From IMG/VR virus record IMGVR_UViG_3300025126_000736: a stretch of 57,774 nucleotides of DNA. The stretch is one strand, 5' to 3'. A model generated the notes under the pieces. It worked only from the letters and a program-made list of their open reading frames with translations, had not been told where the DNA came from and ran no database searches. Position numbers and translations under genes: made by a program. This DNA comes from an uncultured virus (IMG/VR IMGVR_UViG_3300025126_000736) (taxonomy: Duplodnaviria > Heunggongvirae > Uroviricota > Caudoviricetes). Positions 9,463 through 18,271 of the stretch are shown piece by piece (within the stretch, counting starts at the first letter, position 1; each line of letters begins with the position of its first letter).

Positions 9463-9537
9463 TGGCGGGGAAGGTAGGGCTTGAACCTACGACCTATCGA
9501 CATATCACCGAGTGCTCTACCACTGAGCTACATCCCC
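9463..9537 (-). tRNA. tRNA-Asn-derived variant with non-canonical anticodon loop
   Basis: Same variant as 9083..9157. Confidence 0.75.
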
Positions 9538-9557
9538 AAATTGTATTACATTAAAAC

Positions 9558-9632
9558 TGGCGGGGAAGGTAGGACTTGAACCTACGACCTATCGGTTAAC
9601 AGCCGACTGCTCTACCACTGAGCTACATCCCC
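9558..9632 (-). tRNA. tRNA-Asn(GUU)
   Basis: First copy in transcription order, GTT anticodon. Confidence 0.95.
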
Positions 9633-9639
9633 AAAATAT

Positions 9640-9677
9640 AAAAAAACCCAAAAACTTTATTAATTAGTCTTTGGGTT
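9640..9677 (-). terminator. Attenuator-type terminator directly 5' of the tRNA-Asn block
   Basis: AACCCAAAGACT-loop-AGTTTTTGGGTT-TTTTT. Confidence 0.85.
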
Positions 9678-9724
9678 GATAACAAAGACTGCGATTTCGT
9701 TTCGCAGTCAAAAAAGAAACTGCG

Positions 9725-9769
9725 CTAAATATTTAAATTTCGTTTATTATTCTTATTAAGTGTTTTCAT
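9725..9769 (-). CDS. Putative Asn(/Lys)-sensing leader peptide MKTLNKNNKRNLNI
   Basis: TAAGGT SD; 5 AAT codons and 3 Lys codons in 14; followed by alternative hairpins and a terminator. Confidence 0.7.
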   Translation of the reverse strand: MKTLNKNNKRNLNI

Positions 9770-9814
9770 TTTTTTAGTTACCTTATATGTTTGTTGTCTT
9801 GCTTTATGTTTTAC

Positions 9815-9843
9815 ATTATTACACGTTAATTTAAGTCTGTCAA
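9815..9843 (-). promoter_or_regulatory. Sigma70-type inner promoter of the Asn/Lys tRNA operon
   Basis: TTGACA-17 bp-(TGT)AATAAT; IHF-like ATTCAAACACTTA at 9870..9882. Confidence 0.7.
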
Positions 9844-9921
9844 GCTTTTTTTAAAAATATTTTCAATTAATTCAAACACTTAAAAAAAATAAAAGAGTAG
9901 TGTCGATAATTAAAACGCAAT

Positions 9922-9954
9922 AAAAAACCTCTTAAAATTTCTTCCAAGAGGTTT
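9922..9954 (-). terminator. Terminator of outer Asn attenuator
   Basis: AAACCTCTTGGAA-loop-TTTTAAGAGGTTT-TTT. Confidence 0.75.
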
Positions 9955-10002
9955 AGAGTAAACGACTTGGAAGTTTTGGCTCCCAAGTATTGTTTTTTTA
10001 TT

Positions 10003-10080
10003 TTACAAAAGACAATAGGAAGTCATAACAATATTTTTATTGTTATTTATCTTATTATTTTTTGAAAAACTAAATGACAT
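10003..10080 (-). CDS. Putative outer Asn(/Lys)-sensing leader peptide MSFSFSKNNKINNNKNIVMTSYCLL
   Basis: TAAGGGT SD; KNNKINNNKN run; followed by alternative hairpins and a terminator. Confidence 0.7.
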   Translation of the reverse strand: MSFSFSKNNKINNNKNIVMTSYCLL

Positions 10081-10111
10081 AATGTTACCCTTATTTATTA
10101 AACTTAACTAT

Positions 10112-10140
10112 ATTATATATGACGAAAAAAATAAAGTCAA
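10112..10140 (-). promoter_or_regulatory. Sigma70-type outer promoter of the Asn/Lys tRNA operon
   Basis: TTGACT-17 bp-TATAAT. Confidence 0.75.
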
Positions 10141-10154
10141 CACAAAAAAACTAA

Positions 10155-10460
10155 TTAATTAAAATCCGATAGATTTTTTTTACCAAAAATTACGAATTCT
10201 ACATTACTGATAATGCTTGGTAACAGATTTTTTAAATTTGACTTAACAATAAGTGTGAAAAGTGCGCGTTGCTCATTTGAAACATCCATTAATGAAATTA
10301 AAGCATCATCCATCCGACTATGATCTTTTTCTTCATGATGATTATTAACATAATTAAGTGAGGTTAATAATCGAAGCCAATTAATCTGCTCATTACGATA
10401 AGAAGCATGAGAAAACACAGTACGAACAACTTGATTAATTTCAGTGTTTTTATTTAACAT
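10155..10460 (-). CDS. Hypothetical protein with C-terminal N-L-x-x-F(N) motif
   Basis: AAGGA SD; ends KNLSDFN. Confidence 0.55.
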   Translation of the reverse strand: MLNKNTEINQVVRTVFSHASYRNEQINWLRLLTSLNYVNNHHEEKDHSRMDDALISLMDVSNEQRALFTLIVKSNLKNLLPSIISNVEFVIFGKKNLSDFN

Positions 10461-10514
10461 TAGTTTTTATTCCTTTTGTAAAGCGAAGAAAGAAAATAGA
10501 GTAAAGTAATTAAG

Positions 10515-10889
10515 TTATTTAAAAATAGAAAAATTGAATTTTTCTGCAAGAATGCGCAATATAAATTTAAACTTATATAAGAATAAAGCTGGAAGTGAAA
10601 ATGGAATAATAAAAGCTAATATACCTAAAATAAATGATATAGTTCCTGTAATATCATCACTAATTATAAAGTATTTAAAAACATTGGCTATTAATGTATT
10701 ACTAACAGTGCTAAGTAAAGTGCCTAAATAAAAAGAAATTAGACAGCTTGCGGAAAATCCAATGATGGAAATAAAGTAAACCATTGAATATTCTTTTACT
10801 TTAATAAAAAGTTCTGGCTTAATTTTTGATAATGCTAAAAGGCATAAACTTATTGATATAAAGAGAACGGTAAGAAATTTAATAATCAT
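10515..10889 (-). CDS. Small membrane protein
   Basis: Three hydrophobic segments from MIIKFL (start moved from 11009). Confidence 0.5.
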   Translation of the reverse strand: MIIKFLTVLFISISLCLLALSKIKPELFIKVKEYSMVYFISIIGFSASCLISFYLGTLLSTVSNTLIANVFKYFIISDDITGTISFILGILAFIIPFSLPALFLYKFKFILRILAEKFNFSIFK

Positions 10890-10902
10890 CAGTTTTTTCC
10901 TA

Positions 10903-11085
10903 TTACGCCTTAGAAGAATCTTGGATGTGACTCTTTTTATTGTCAATATTTTTTCGCTTTTTATCTTGAAAAACGGCACTTTTAAAATTATGAACAAGAT
11001 CGTAGGCAATAGAGTTTCTTGCAGAACCTTTTATTTTTTCTGCTTTTGCCAATTCTTCTTTATTAAAAACCTTAGTTTTAGACAT
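10903..11085 (-). CDS. Small basic protein, weak ArfA-like pattern
   Basis: KG..RN.IA.DL..NF...V..DKK pattern, by eye. Confidence 0.35.
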   Translation of the reverse strand: MSKTKVFNKEELAKAEKIKGSARNSIAYDLVHNFKSAVFQDKKRKNIDNKKSHIQDSSKA

Positions 11086-11162
11086 TTTTTTACTCTTTTT
11101 TTAATGGTGTTGTTGAATTAAAATAATTATACCATTAAATAAGGTAAGAGTATAGTGTTGTA

Positions 11163-11564
11163 TTAGATATTATTTTTGGATTGCTCTTCAATCTCTTTCA
11201 TATATTCCCAAATAGATATTACATCGCGGGAAAATAAATCTGAACTATCAAAAAAAATAACTCTTGATTGTATTTCATTAAATGTGTAAAAATTTTGAGT
11301 AGTAGGGTTAATTTCTCTAACAATTAAAGAAAAAGCACCAGTAAGAAAAGAAGAACCAAGTCCATAATCGCAATCTAAATCAATAGATATCATTTCTTTT
11401 GTGCAATTAAGCTTTGGAAGAAAGATGTTATTTAAAAAAAAGTAACCTGAGTTTTTGCCATCATTTTTTTCCATTCCAAAGGGCGTCTTTGAAAAATCAT
11501 TTGTTAGGCTAATGTGGATCACAATAATACTCCAAATTAAAATGGCTATTAAAAAAATAGCCAC
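11163..11564 (-). CDS. STAS-like (DUF4325-type) protein
   Basis: DFSKTPFG...DG..SG and IDLD..YGLGSSFL..AF pattern. Confidence 0.55.
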   Translation of the reverse strand: MAIFLIAILIWSIIVIHISLTNDFSKTPFGMEKNDGKNSGYFFLNNIFLPKLNCTKEMISIDLDCDYGLGSSFLTGAFSLIVREINPTTQNFYTFNEIQSRVIFFDSSDLFSRDVISIWEYMKEIEEQSKNNI

Positions 11565-11574
11565 AAAATATTAA

Positions 11575-12201
11575 TTATTGAACAATGGGTAAAATAAAGT
11601 CAAGAGTTTGCATATCTTCTGTCAACGTGTGAATAGTGACTTTATCTCGAAGGAAATCAATAACAGGTTCTGTCTTTTTAGTGTATTGAGATAGTCGAGT
11701 TTTAAGTGTTTCTGCATTGTCATCTACCCGTTGAGAGACTTCACCACCACAACTATCACAAACACCGTCTATTTTAGGTTGTAATGTGGTTTTATTATAT
11801 GAGTCACCACAGACTTTACAACAAAGTCGATTAGATACTCGCTTAATAATGGCACTATCTGGCATATTAAGATAAAGGACGACAATGTTATTAAGATCAG
11901 ATCTTAAAGAAAGTAATAGCTCTGCTTGACTTACTGAACGAGGGAAACCATCAAAAACAATATGGTTGTCTTTGAGCGATTCAATTTTGCTTTTCATCAT
12001 ACCATTCATGATGTGACTGCTAATTAGTTCTCCTGTTTTTAGGGCGTGAGTCGCCTCTTTATAATAGGGCGCAGATTCTGTTGTTGAATTCTCTCTAAGG
12101 ACATTGCTTCCACTAATATGAGCGTATTTTTCATTAAGTAAGAGCTTTGCTAATGTTCCTTTTCCGCTGCAAGGTTTACCAATTAAAATAATGTCTTTCA
12201 T
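11575..12201 (-). CDS. adk: Adenylate kinase with Zn lid
   Basis: GKPCSGKGT P-loop, HISG..LR, DGFPR, CxxC...CxxC lid, RVDD. Confidence 0.9.
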   Translation of the reverse strand: MKDIILIGKPCSGKGTLAKLLLNEKYAHISGSNVLRENSTTESAPYYKEATHALKTGELISSHIMNGMMKSKIESLKDNHIVFDGFPRSVSQAELLLSLRSDLNNIVVLYLNMPDSAIIKRVSNRLCCKVCGDSYNKTTLQPKIDGVCDSCGGEVSQRVDDNAETLKTRLSQYTKKTEPVIDFLRDKVTIHTLTEDMQTLDFILPIVQ

Positions 12202-12316
12202 AAATAATACATCCTAAGTAAGTTGAGTGGTAATTATACCGAAAATTAAAGTAAATAACAACATTAAATTATTAATATTAATGTTTAATCGAAGTAAGAT
12301 CTGGAGCCAAGCTAGA

Positions 12317-12598
12317 TTAGTATGAAAAGTCCATTATTTTTTGCTGCACTTGCAATTTTTTTAATGAATGATGGTCTGGAAAGTAAATTTTTCCTAATAA
12401 ATAAGTAAAGTCAATACTTGTTTGAATAATATAGAGATCACAATAATAAGGACTAATGACTGTGCCAAAATTACGACCAACACCAACAGTGGAAAGGACA
12501 TTAGATAGTCGGAATTGTAAAGAAAACATTTCTTTAGAACTAATTTGATTTAGTTGTGCTGATTGTCGAATAAGTTTTTTAAATTCTTTTGAGATCAA
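12317..12598 (-). CDS. Hypothetical protein, paralog of the 12595..13143 C-terminal half
   Basis: Shared LSTxGxGxNFG...YxCD...SID; ends QKIMDFSY. Confidence 0.55.
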   Translation of the reverse strand: MISKEFKKLIRQSAQLNQISSKEMFSLQFRLSNVLSTVGVGRNFGTVISPYYCDLYIIQTSIDFTYLLGKIYFPDHHSLKKLQVQQKIMDFSY

Positions 12599-13143
12599 AA
12601 GTGTTTTAAGTTGCTATTAATTTTTTCCTTTAAAAACACCTTATGCTTTGGAAAGTATCGTTTACTTATATAATATGTTAGATCAATACTCATATTAATA
12701 ATGTGGAAGTCACAAAGGTAAGTGTTTTGCACTTTACCAAAATTGCAACCGCGACCAATAGTGGATAAAATATCTGAAAATCTCTGTTGGAGATCTGTCA
12801 TTTCGATTATTGTTATTTGTTTTAGATTTAATGATTTTTTGAGAAATTTTCTAAAATCTTTTGAAATTTTCCATCGTTCTTTGTTCCCTCCTCCATTTTG
12901 GTAAAAATCATAAATTATTTGACTAAAGAGTTTGAAGGCTTGAAACAGTGGATGCTCATCATTATTTGAGAATATTTTTGGATGAACAGTCTCATCTAAA
13001 AGTAAGTCATATAACTCATTTAACTCACCTTTACCATCATTGATCTTATAGGTATTAATTATGTCAAGTAAATTTGATTGATAATTAGGTACCGAAAAAA
13101 TATGTTTAGTAAAAATATATTGATGACTCATAATTATATCCAT
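12595..13143 (-). CDS. Hypothetical protein with C-terminal N-L-x-x-F motif
   Basis: Ends SNLKHF. Confidence 0.6.
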   Translation of the reverse strand: MDIIMSHQYIFTKHIFSVPNYQSNLLDIINTYKINDGKGELNELYDLLLDETVHPKIFSNNDEHPLFQAFKLFSQIIYDFYQNGGGNKERWKISKDFRKFLKKSLNLKQITIIEMTDLQQRFSDILSTIGRGCNFGKVQNTYLCDFHIINMSIDLTYYISKRYFPKHKVFLKEKINSNLKHF

Positions 13144-13196
13144 TTGTATTTAAATGAATCATTATTATAGTTTATTTACTAGATAAAGTCAATTAT

Positions 13197-13991
13197 TTAA
13201 CGAGTTATTTTACACATATGAACTTCGTTTTTTGATTGAAAATACTCAACATTTTTAATATATTTTTTTTCAATAAGCTCATTGTTTGCCTTTTTTATTT
13301 CTTGATTTAGGTGCTTAGGTTGCATATTGTTTTTTCCAAGTCTGTAGCCTAATTTGTTCATTGAAAAATTAACAGATTCTTGATTAATAAATTTGAATGT
13401 TTCATAAAATAAAAATAATGCACGAGCATATTGAGATTTAATACTGCTAAATATTTCAAGATTTAAGACTTCATAATCCAGAGTTTGTTCCGCATTAAAT
13501 AAATCATCTGAGATTTCTATTTGAAATATTTTTGCTTTAACATTCCATTCAACTCGATTAATGAGATTAGAATAAATTTTGTGAGACACTTCGCCTTCTT
13601 CATTAAATTTTTCAATTTGAAAGAAACAACTCATCATTTTTTTTATACGATCATCAATATCTTTTTTATTGCTTTTTCTATTTTGAATGCCAAGGCTTTT
13701 AATAATTTCATACTCAGTTAACTCAAACTTTTTAGAACCAGTAATTTGTTTTTTTCTCATAATAATGTGAAATAAAGGGTAGTCACGTTGAAGATCAAGT
13801 TTCCAACCAGAAAAAGAAATTCGTTCACTTTTACTTCTGGAAAGTTCGAAGTCAAACATTTCTTTTGTTTTGCTCATTTTTCTTTCAACTGGTGAAAATA
13901 TAGGTGTCGCAGCTAATGATGACGGAATGAGAGCTTCCCCTTTAAAAAGATAATTATGTTTTATATTTTTGTTGTTTACGATATTTTCCAT
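13197..13991 (-). CDS. repA: Plasmid replication initiator (RepA/TrfA-like)
   Basis: IP..L...PIFSP and FSGWKLDLQRD motifs resemble IncFIB/P1 RepA and TrfA; iteron array directly upstream. Confidence 0.75.
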   Translation of the reverse strand: MENIVNNKNIKHNYLFKGEALIPSSLAATPIFSPVERKMSKTKEMFDFELSRSKSERISFSGWKLDLQRDYPLFHIIMRKKQITGSKKFELTEYEIIKSLGIQNRKSNKKDIDDRIKKMMSCFFQIEKFNEEGEVSHKIYSNLINRVEWNVKAKIFQIEISDDLFNAEQTLDYEVLNLEIFSSIKSQYARALFLFYETFKFINQESVNFSMNKLGYRLGKNNMQPKHLNQEIKKANNELIEKKYIKNVEYFQSKNEVHMCKITR

Positions 13992-14081
13992 TATTATATA
14001 TCCAGTTTTTTATAGTAGAAATGAAACATTATCACAAAAAAAGCAAATGTCATTAGCGTGTCAAGAAAAAATAAAAAAATA

Positions 14082-14491
14082 ATAGTGTTTTTAGTCCGAC
14101 CTAAAACAATGGTGTTTTTAGGCTTACCTAAATAATGGGTATTTTTATGTCTAAAAATAGGATTATAATGATTAAAAACTTATAAAAATAATAGTGTTTA
14201 TAGACCGACCTTATAGTGTTTATAGACCTACCACATAGTGTTTATAGACCTACCACATAGTGTTTATAGACCTACCCATCTTAAATATAGGCTTAGTGCT
14301 GCGTGGGTTTCAAAATGTCTAACTGATCTATAACTGATCTTTAACTGACTTTTAACTCGTAAGGTTTAATTATTTTTTTTATGTTTTTTTCGCTTCGCTC
14401 TCTGATTAAAAGATTATTTAGTTTTTGTGTTTTTGAAGTCTTATTTTATTTTTTTAAACATAAAATTTAATGGTAGGTCTATAATCACTAT
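14082..14491. repeat. Iteron-containing replication origin
   Basis: Four 22-bp-period ATAGTGTTTATAGACC(T/G)ACC repeats at 14191..14277; degenerate copies at 14082 and 14109; inverted copy at 14472..14491; TAACTGA(TC)T repeats of about 11 bp at 14320..14360. Confidence 0.85.
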
Positions 14492-14706
14492 TTTTAGCAA
14501 CAATTATCATTTACAACAGTAACTTATAGCTAAAATATGCAATAAATGATTGAGTTTTTTGTTGAGATAAAAAAAATAGTAAAATTAAGTTATTATAAAG
14601 TGACGATGCGGCAATGACTCAGACTTGTGGTGTATTGGGTGTTAAATTGTGTTTTAATGTGTGTTTTTGAGATAATAATGTAAGTGTTGTGCTTATTTAA
14701 AAATAA

Positions 14707-14997
14707 TTATTCCATAACATTTATAGTTTCTGGTATTTCATAACCGTTTCGTTTGAAAAAATCATGATGGAGTTTTCTTGTGAAATCTCTTTCAGCTTCA
14801 AAGGTTGTTATGTTCTCAACAATAATTAAGGTTTGTATACATCCAATCCACACCCCAATTTTATAGTGGTTCCATTTAGATTGATTTTTAGTCAATACTT
14901 CTAGCATTTTTACTATACGAACCTTGCTGTCATTATTTGATAATTTTGTTGCCATAAGGCCATAACGTTCGGATAATTTAGGTAACAAAATATGCAT
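14707..14997 (-). CDS. Hypothetical protein (phage-type)
   Basis: K.G.WIG.IQ...ERDFTR pattern; AAGGTG SD. Confidence 0.5.
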   Translation of the reverse strand: MHILLPKLSERYGLMATKLSNNDSKVRIVKMLEVLTKNQSKWNHYKIGVWIGCIQTLIIVENITTFEAERDFTRKLHHDFFKRNGYEIPETINVME

Positions 14998-15118
14998 TTA
15001 TTTCACCTTATTATTCAGTTTTACTTATTTTTTTTAATAAAAATTATTTTAAAAACATCTGCCTTTTTAATAAAACTATAAAAAAAGCAGAGTATTTTTT
15101 TACATTGTTAATACTTTA

Positions 15119-15559
15119 CTAGGCATTATTTATAAGATTTTCAAATTCATCATTAGATAATTTACTTAATATATCTATTGTTTCAAAAATATCTATACCA
15201 ATATTTAAATTGGAGTCGCTGATAGAAACAAGTTTGCTTAAAATATGATGGTTACGCTGAAAATCATTAAGTAAATTAAGATCTTTCATCTCTAAAAGAA
15301 TATGAGATTGCAAAGCAAGATTGAGTATCTGAGGGTTAAAATTAGGTTCATTGTACATTTCAAAGAATGCATCTTTGTGCAATAGGTGATAATTCTTCAT
15401 TTTTAGTATATAAGTAATAGAGAAAATTAAAAATTCTTCATCTTCTTCTTTTGTAAGTTTATCATTAATAAGGATAAGATTTTTTTTTAAATCATAAAAA
15501 ATGTAAAAATCTTGATCATTGTTTGTTGAGAACCCATTTAAAGTTAGCTTATTATACAC
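15119..15559 (-). CDS. Hypothetical protein
   Basis: 146-aa ORF downstream of the HTH gene. Confidence 0.5.
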   Translation of the reverse strand: MYNKLTLNGFSTNNDQDFYIFYDLKKNLILINDKLTKEEDEEFLIFSITYILKMKNYHLLHKDAFFEMYNEPNFNPQILNLALQSHILLEMKDLNLLNDFQRNHHILSKLVSISDSNLNIGIDIFETIDILSKLSNDEFENLINNA

Positions 15560-15583
15560 TATATTTTTCCTTAGTAGTTAAAT

Positions 15584-15880
15584 TTAATTGGCAGTAATAG
15601 TGCATTCTACATCGTCAGATGTAATTTGATAATCAAAATCAAATTTATGGCCGAGTAGATTTAGCATAATTATGCATTTATCAATTGAGAAATTTTCAGT
15701 TTTACCGTTTTTAATATTGGAAATACGTGGTTGAGAAACACCAAGAACCTCAGCAGCATCTTCTTGTTTTAAATCACGACTAAGAATTAGCTCCCATATT
15801 GCTTCAAGCATATTTTTTTTCATATTGGTTATTTGTTCAAATTGATCTTTAAATACAATTTTTGATGTTGAAGTTTTCAT
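15584..15880 (-). CDS. XRE-family HTH regulator
   Basis: LKQEDAAEVLGVSQPRISNIKNGKTENFSID. Confidence 0.85.
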   Translation of the reverse strand: MKTSTSKIVFKDQFEQITNMKKNMLEAIWELILSRDLKQEDAAEVLGVSQPRISNIKNGKTENFSIDKCIIMLNLLGHKFDFDYQITSDDVECTITAN

Positions 15881-16051
15881 ATAAGCCTTTAATTTATTAA
15901 GTAGAACTTATTATACAATAATTAATATAAAAATGGAAGTTATTTTTTTAAGCAATTAAGTAAAAAAACATTGGAATATAAGTCAAAATACATTAATATA
16001 TATTAAATATTTAGTGCTATTACTAACGACCTTCTAAGAGAGGAATATATA

Positions 16052-16273
16052 ATGCAGGCTGTCAGCGTACTTTTTAATAATGGCGGGAAAACATTTCAAA
16101 GTGACGATTATATTAATTATAATATAACTTCTTTAATTCACAATTTAGAAAATATGGTCAAACTAAGAAATACCAATAATAGAGATGGTGTTTATATGGT
16201 TACATTAGGTAAGATTAAAAATTTGTCATACAATTTATATCAATCAAATAATTGTACTTTTGAAATTATATAA
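16052..16273 (+). CDS. Hypothetical protein
   Basis: GAGGA SD; followed by a terminator. Confidence 0.5.
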   Translation: MQAVSVLFNNGGKTFQSDDYINYNITSLIHNLENMVKLRNTNNRDGVYMVTLGKIKNLSYNLYQSNNCTFEII

Positions 16274-16282
16274 TTGGTACGC

Positions 16283-16317
16283 AAAAAAAGCCCACTATAA
16301 TAAGTGGGCTTTTTTTG
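16283..16317. terminator. Bidirectional intrinsic terminator
   Basis: AAAAAAAGCCCACT-loop-AGTGGGCTTTTTTT between convergent genes. Confidence 0.85.
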
Positions 16318-16390
16318 TATTTGTAATAGCAATAATTAAAAAGGCACTTATTTTGTCAATAAGTGCCTTTTAGGTGAAACTGAAAATCAG

Positions 16391-17080
16391 TTAGTTAAAA
16401 AATGAGATTTCAGTATCTTCAATAAACCAAGATTGATCGATAAGTTGTGCATTACATAATTCGTTAAATGAAAAGTAGAATTCATATAAATTGCCGCCTT
16501 TTGAAATGTCAATAGTCCAGATAGTAGTATCATAATCATAATCTTCATTCATTCGTTCAACCCAATCACCATCAAGAATATAAGTGGTGCTTAAACCGTT
16601 AATGAATGTCTTAGGAGAGTCTTCAATTAAATCAAAAATAGTTTTATCATGTTTGAAATAACCCATTTTTTTTGCCAAATCGATAATGCTTGTAAATGAG
16701 ATTAGTTCTGGATTAATAATGAGAGGCAATTCAACAAGAACAATATTTGCATTAACAGAATTTGCATACTTTAATACATCTTCATCTTCAAGAGGAATGG
16801 TAGAGGATAACTCTACAATATCGTTAAAAACTAATATGCTGTAATCTCCATAGCGAAGATGATAAAGTGAATTTACTTTATCCAAATCCTTTATTTTTTT
16901 ACATGACACATGTTTAAATAAAAAATTATAATAATCTTCTTCAGTTAAAATAGTCTTGCTTGATTCAATAGTTTTTTTGAGTTCTTTTGCAACTAAATGT
17001 AGATTGGATTGGATTTTACTCATATGTAAACCTTTTAAGGTAGTCGTTAATAAGCAATTATTATAACAGTTTTTATTCAA
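16391..17080 (-). CDS. Hypothetical protein
   Basis: Long ORF; probable start at internal MSKIQ. Confidence 0.55.
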   Translation of the reverse strand: MNKNCYNNCLLTTTLKGLHMSKIQSNLHLVAKELKKTIESSKTILTEEDYYNFLFKHVSCKKIKDLDKVNSLYHLRYGDYSILVFNDIVELSSTIPLEDEDVLKYANSVNANIVLVELPLIINPELISFTSIIDLAKKMGYFKHDKTIFDLIEDSPKTFINGLSTTYILDGDWVERMNEDYDYDTTIWTIDISKGGNLYEFYFSFNELCNAQLIDQSWFIEDTEISFFN

Positions 17081-17104
17081 TATGGCAATGTAAAATAATT
17101 CACC

Positions 17105-17461
17105 TTAAAATAAAGAAATTTTGTATTTAATGTAAAGTTCTGGAAAATTAGATTGAAGAAAATTAATGTCAGTAAAATGTATTTTAACTTTATCTGCATG
17201 ATACATATGTTCCTTAAAATATTGTGATCGCGATTTAGAATGGTCAATTAGTACGCAAACTGTGTAATTCATACAATCTCTAAGAATTTCTGTATCTGTA
17301 TTATGTGGGTTTTTCCATAAAGGATCAAAGCCAAGTTGAGAAAAAACGTTATTTCTGTCAAGAGATAACGTTGATATATGAGTATCGATAGAGTATATGC
17401 TGTTTTTAACGTTAAATTTTGGATCGCAAATGTAAAAATATTTAAATTTAGCATAAAACAT
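17105..17461 (-). CDS. Hypothetical protein with C-terminal K-I-x-x-F motif
   Basis: Ends YKISLF. Confidence 0.55.
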   Translation of the reverse strand: MFYAKFKYFYICDPKFNVKNSIYSIDTHISTLSLDRNNVFSQLGFDPLWKNPHNTDTEILRDCMNYTVCVLIDHSKSRSQYFKEHMYHADKVKIHFTDINFLQSNFPELYIKYKISLF

Positions 17462-17463
17462 AA

Positions 17464-18201
17464 TTATTTAGTCTTTTGATATAAATTATTAAGAAAAGTA
17501 TTAAATTGGTCTTCAGTCATTGTAATGACATTAAATATATCTTCTTTGCTTGGAAGTTTTTGTGCATTAATATGGATATTTAAATCAGAGCTTCTATTTT
17601 CCTTAACAGCTAAAATATATTCGCAACGCTGAAGAACAGTGGAAAATGTATTTGGAATAATCTTATTTTTAATATTTTCCCATCTTTTTAGGCTCATTCC
17701 TTTATTGAAAATATCCTGATATGCATCCCATAAGTTAAATAAGTTAAATTGCTTGCAAATTTTATATACGGGGTTTAATGGGTGCTCAGGAGAATTTGAG
17801 AAATCAACAATAATATCTTTCTTTATTTCTCCATTTTCAAAATGGTCAAAATTAAAGTTCATTCCTAGTGAATAAGCTGCTTCCTGAATGTTGCGGATTG
17901 TTTTAAATAACATTCGGTTATTAATAATGAAATTAACTTTTTCAATAAGTATTTTTTTTTCTTCTTCGGTTATATCCGATTTAAAAAAAAGTTGACCTTT
18001 ATTTTGAGCTAAAATAATAAAATTATCATTCCATTCTTTAATTGTTCTAATCTGGAAATTTTTATTTTCAGAACATAAATTAATTTCTTTTTTTATAATT
18101 TTTGGTGTATAAATAAGAAATCCGTCAAATTGTTCAGCCCATAATTCATTAATTAAATTTGCAAATCCAGCTTTTGATTTAACGTTGATGTAAGAACCCA
18201 T
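17464..18201 (-). CDS. Hypothetical protein
   Basis: 245-aa ORF. Confidence 0.6.
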   Translation of the reverse strand: MGSYINVKSKAGFANLINELWAEQFDGFLIYTPKIIKKEINLCSENKNFQIRTIKEWNDNFIILAQNKGQLFFKSDITEEEKKILIEKVNFIINNRMLFKTIRNIQEAAYSLGMNFNFDHFENGEIKKDIIVDFSNSPEHPLNPVYKICKQFNLFNLWDAYQDIFNKGMSLKRWENIKNKIIPNTFSTVLQRCEYILAVKENRSSDLNIHINAQKLPSKEDIFNVITMTEDQFNTFLNNLYQKTK

Positions 18202-18271
18202 AATGGTGGCCTTAGTAAATTAATTGATAAGTAATTGTATCAAAATTTTATATAAAAATCAATAAATATTT

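Noticed and set aside
8798..9632. 95-bp-period repeat array resembling a CRISPR array
   Set aside because: Units are tRNA cloverleaves with near-identical spacers; no unique spacers and no cas genes
9633..10140. T-box riboswitch explanation for the terminators before the tRNA genes
   Set aside because: No T-box UGGNACC bulge motif or long stem I was visible; SD-led cognate-codon ORFs explain the layout better
14191..14277. 22-bp direct repeats as a mini-CRISPR
   Set aside because: Contiguous repeats without spacers next to a Rep gene are iterons
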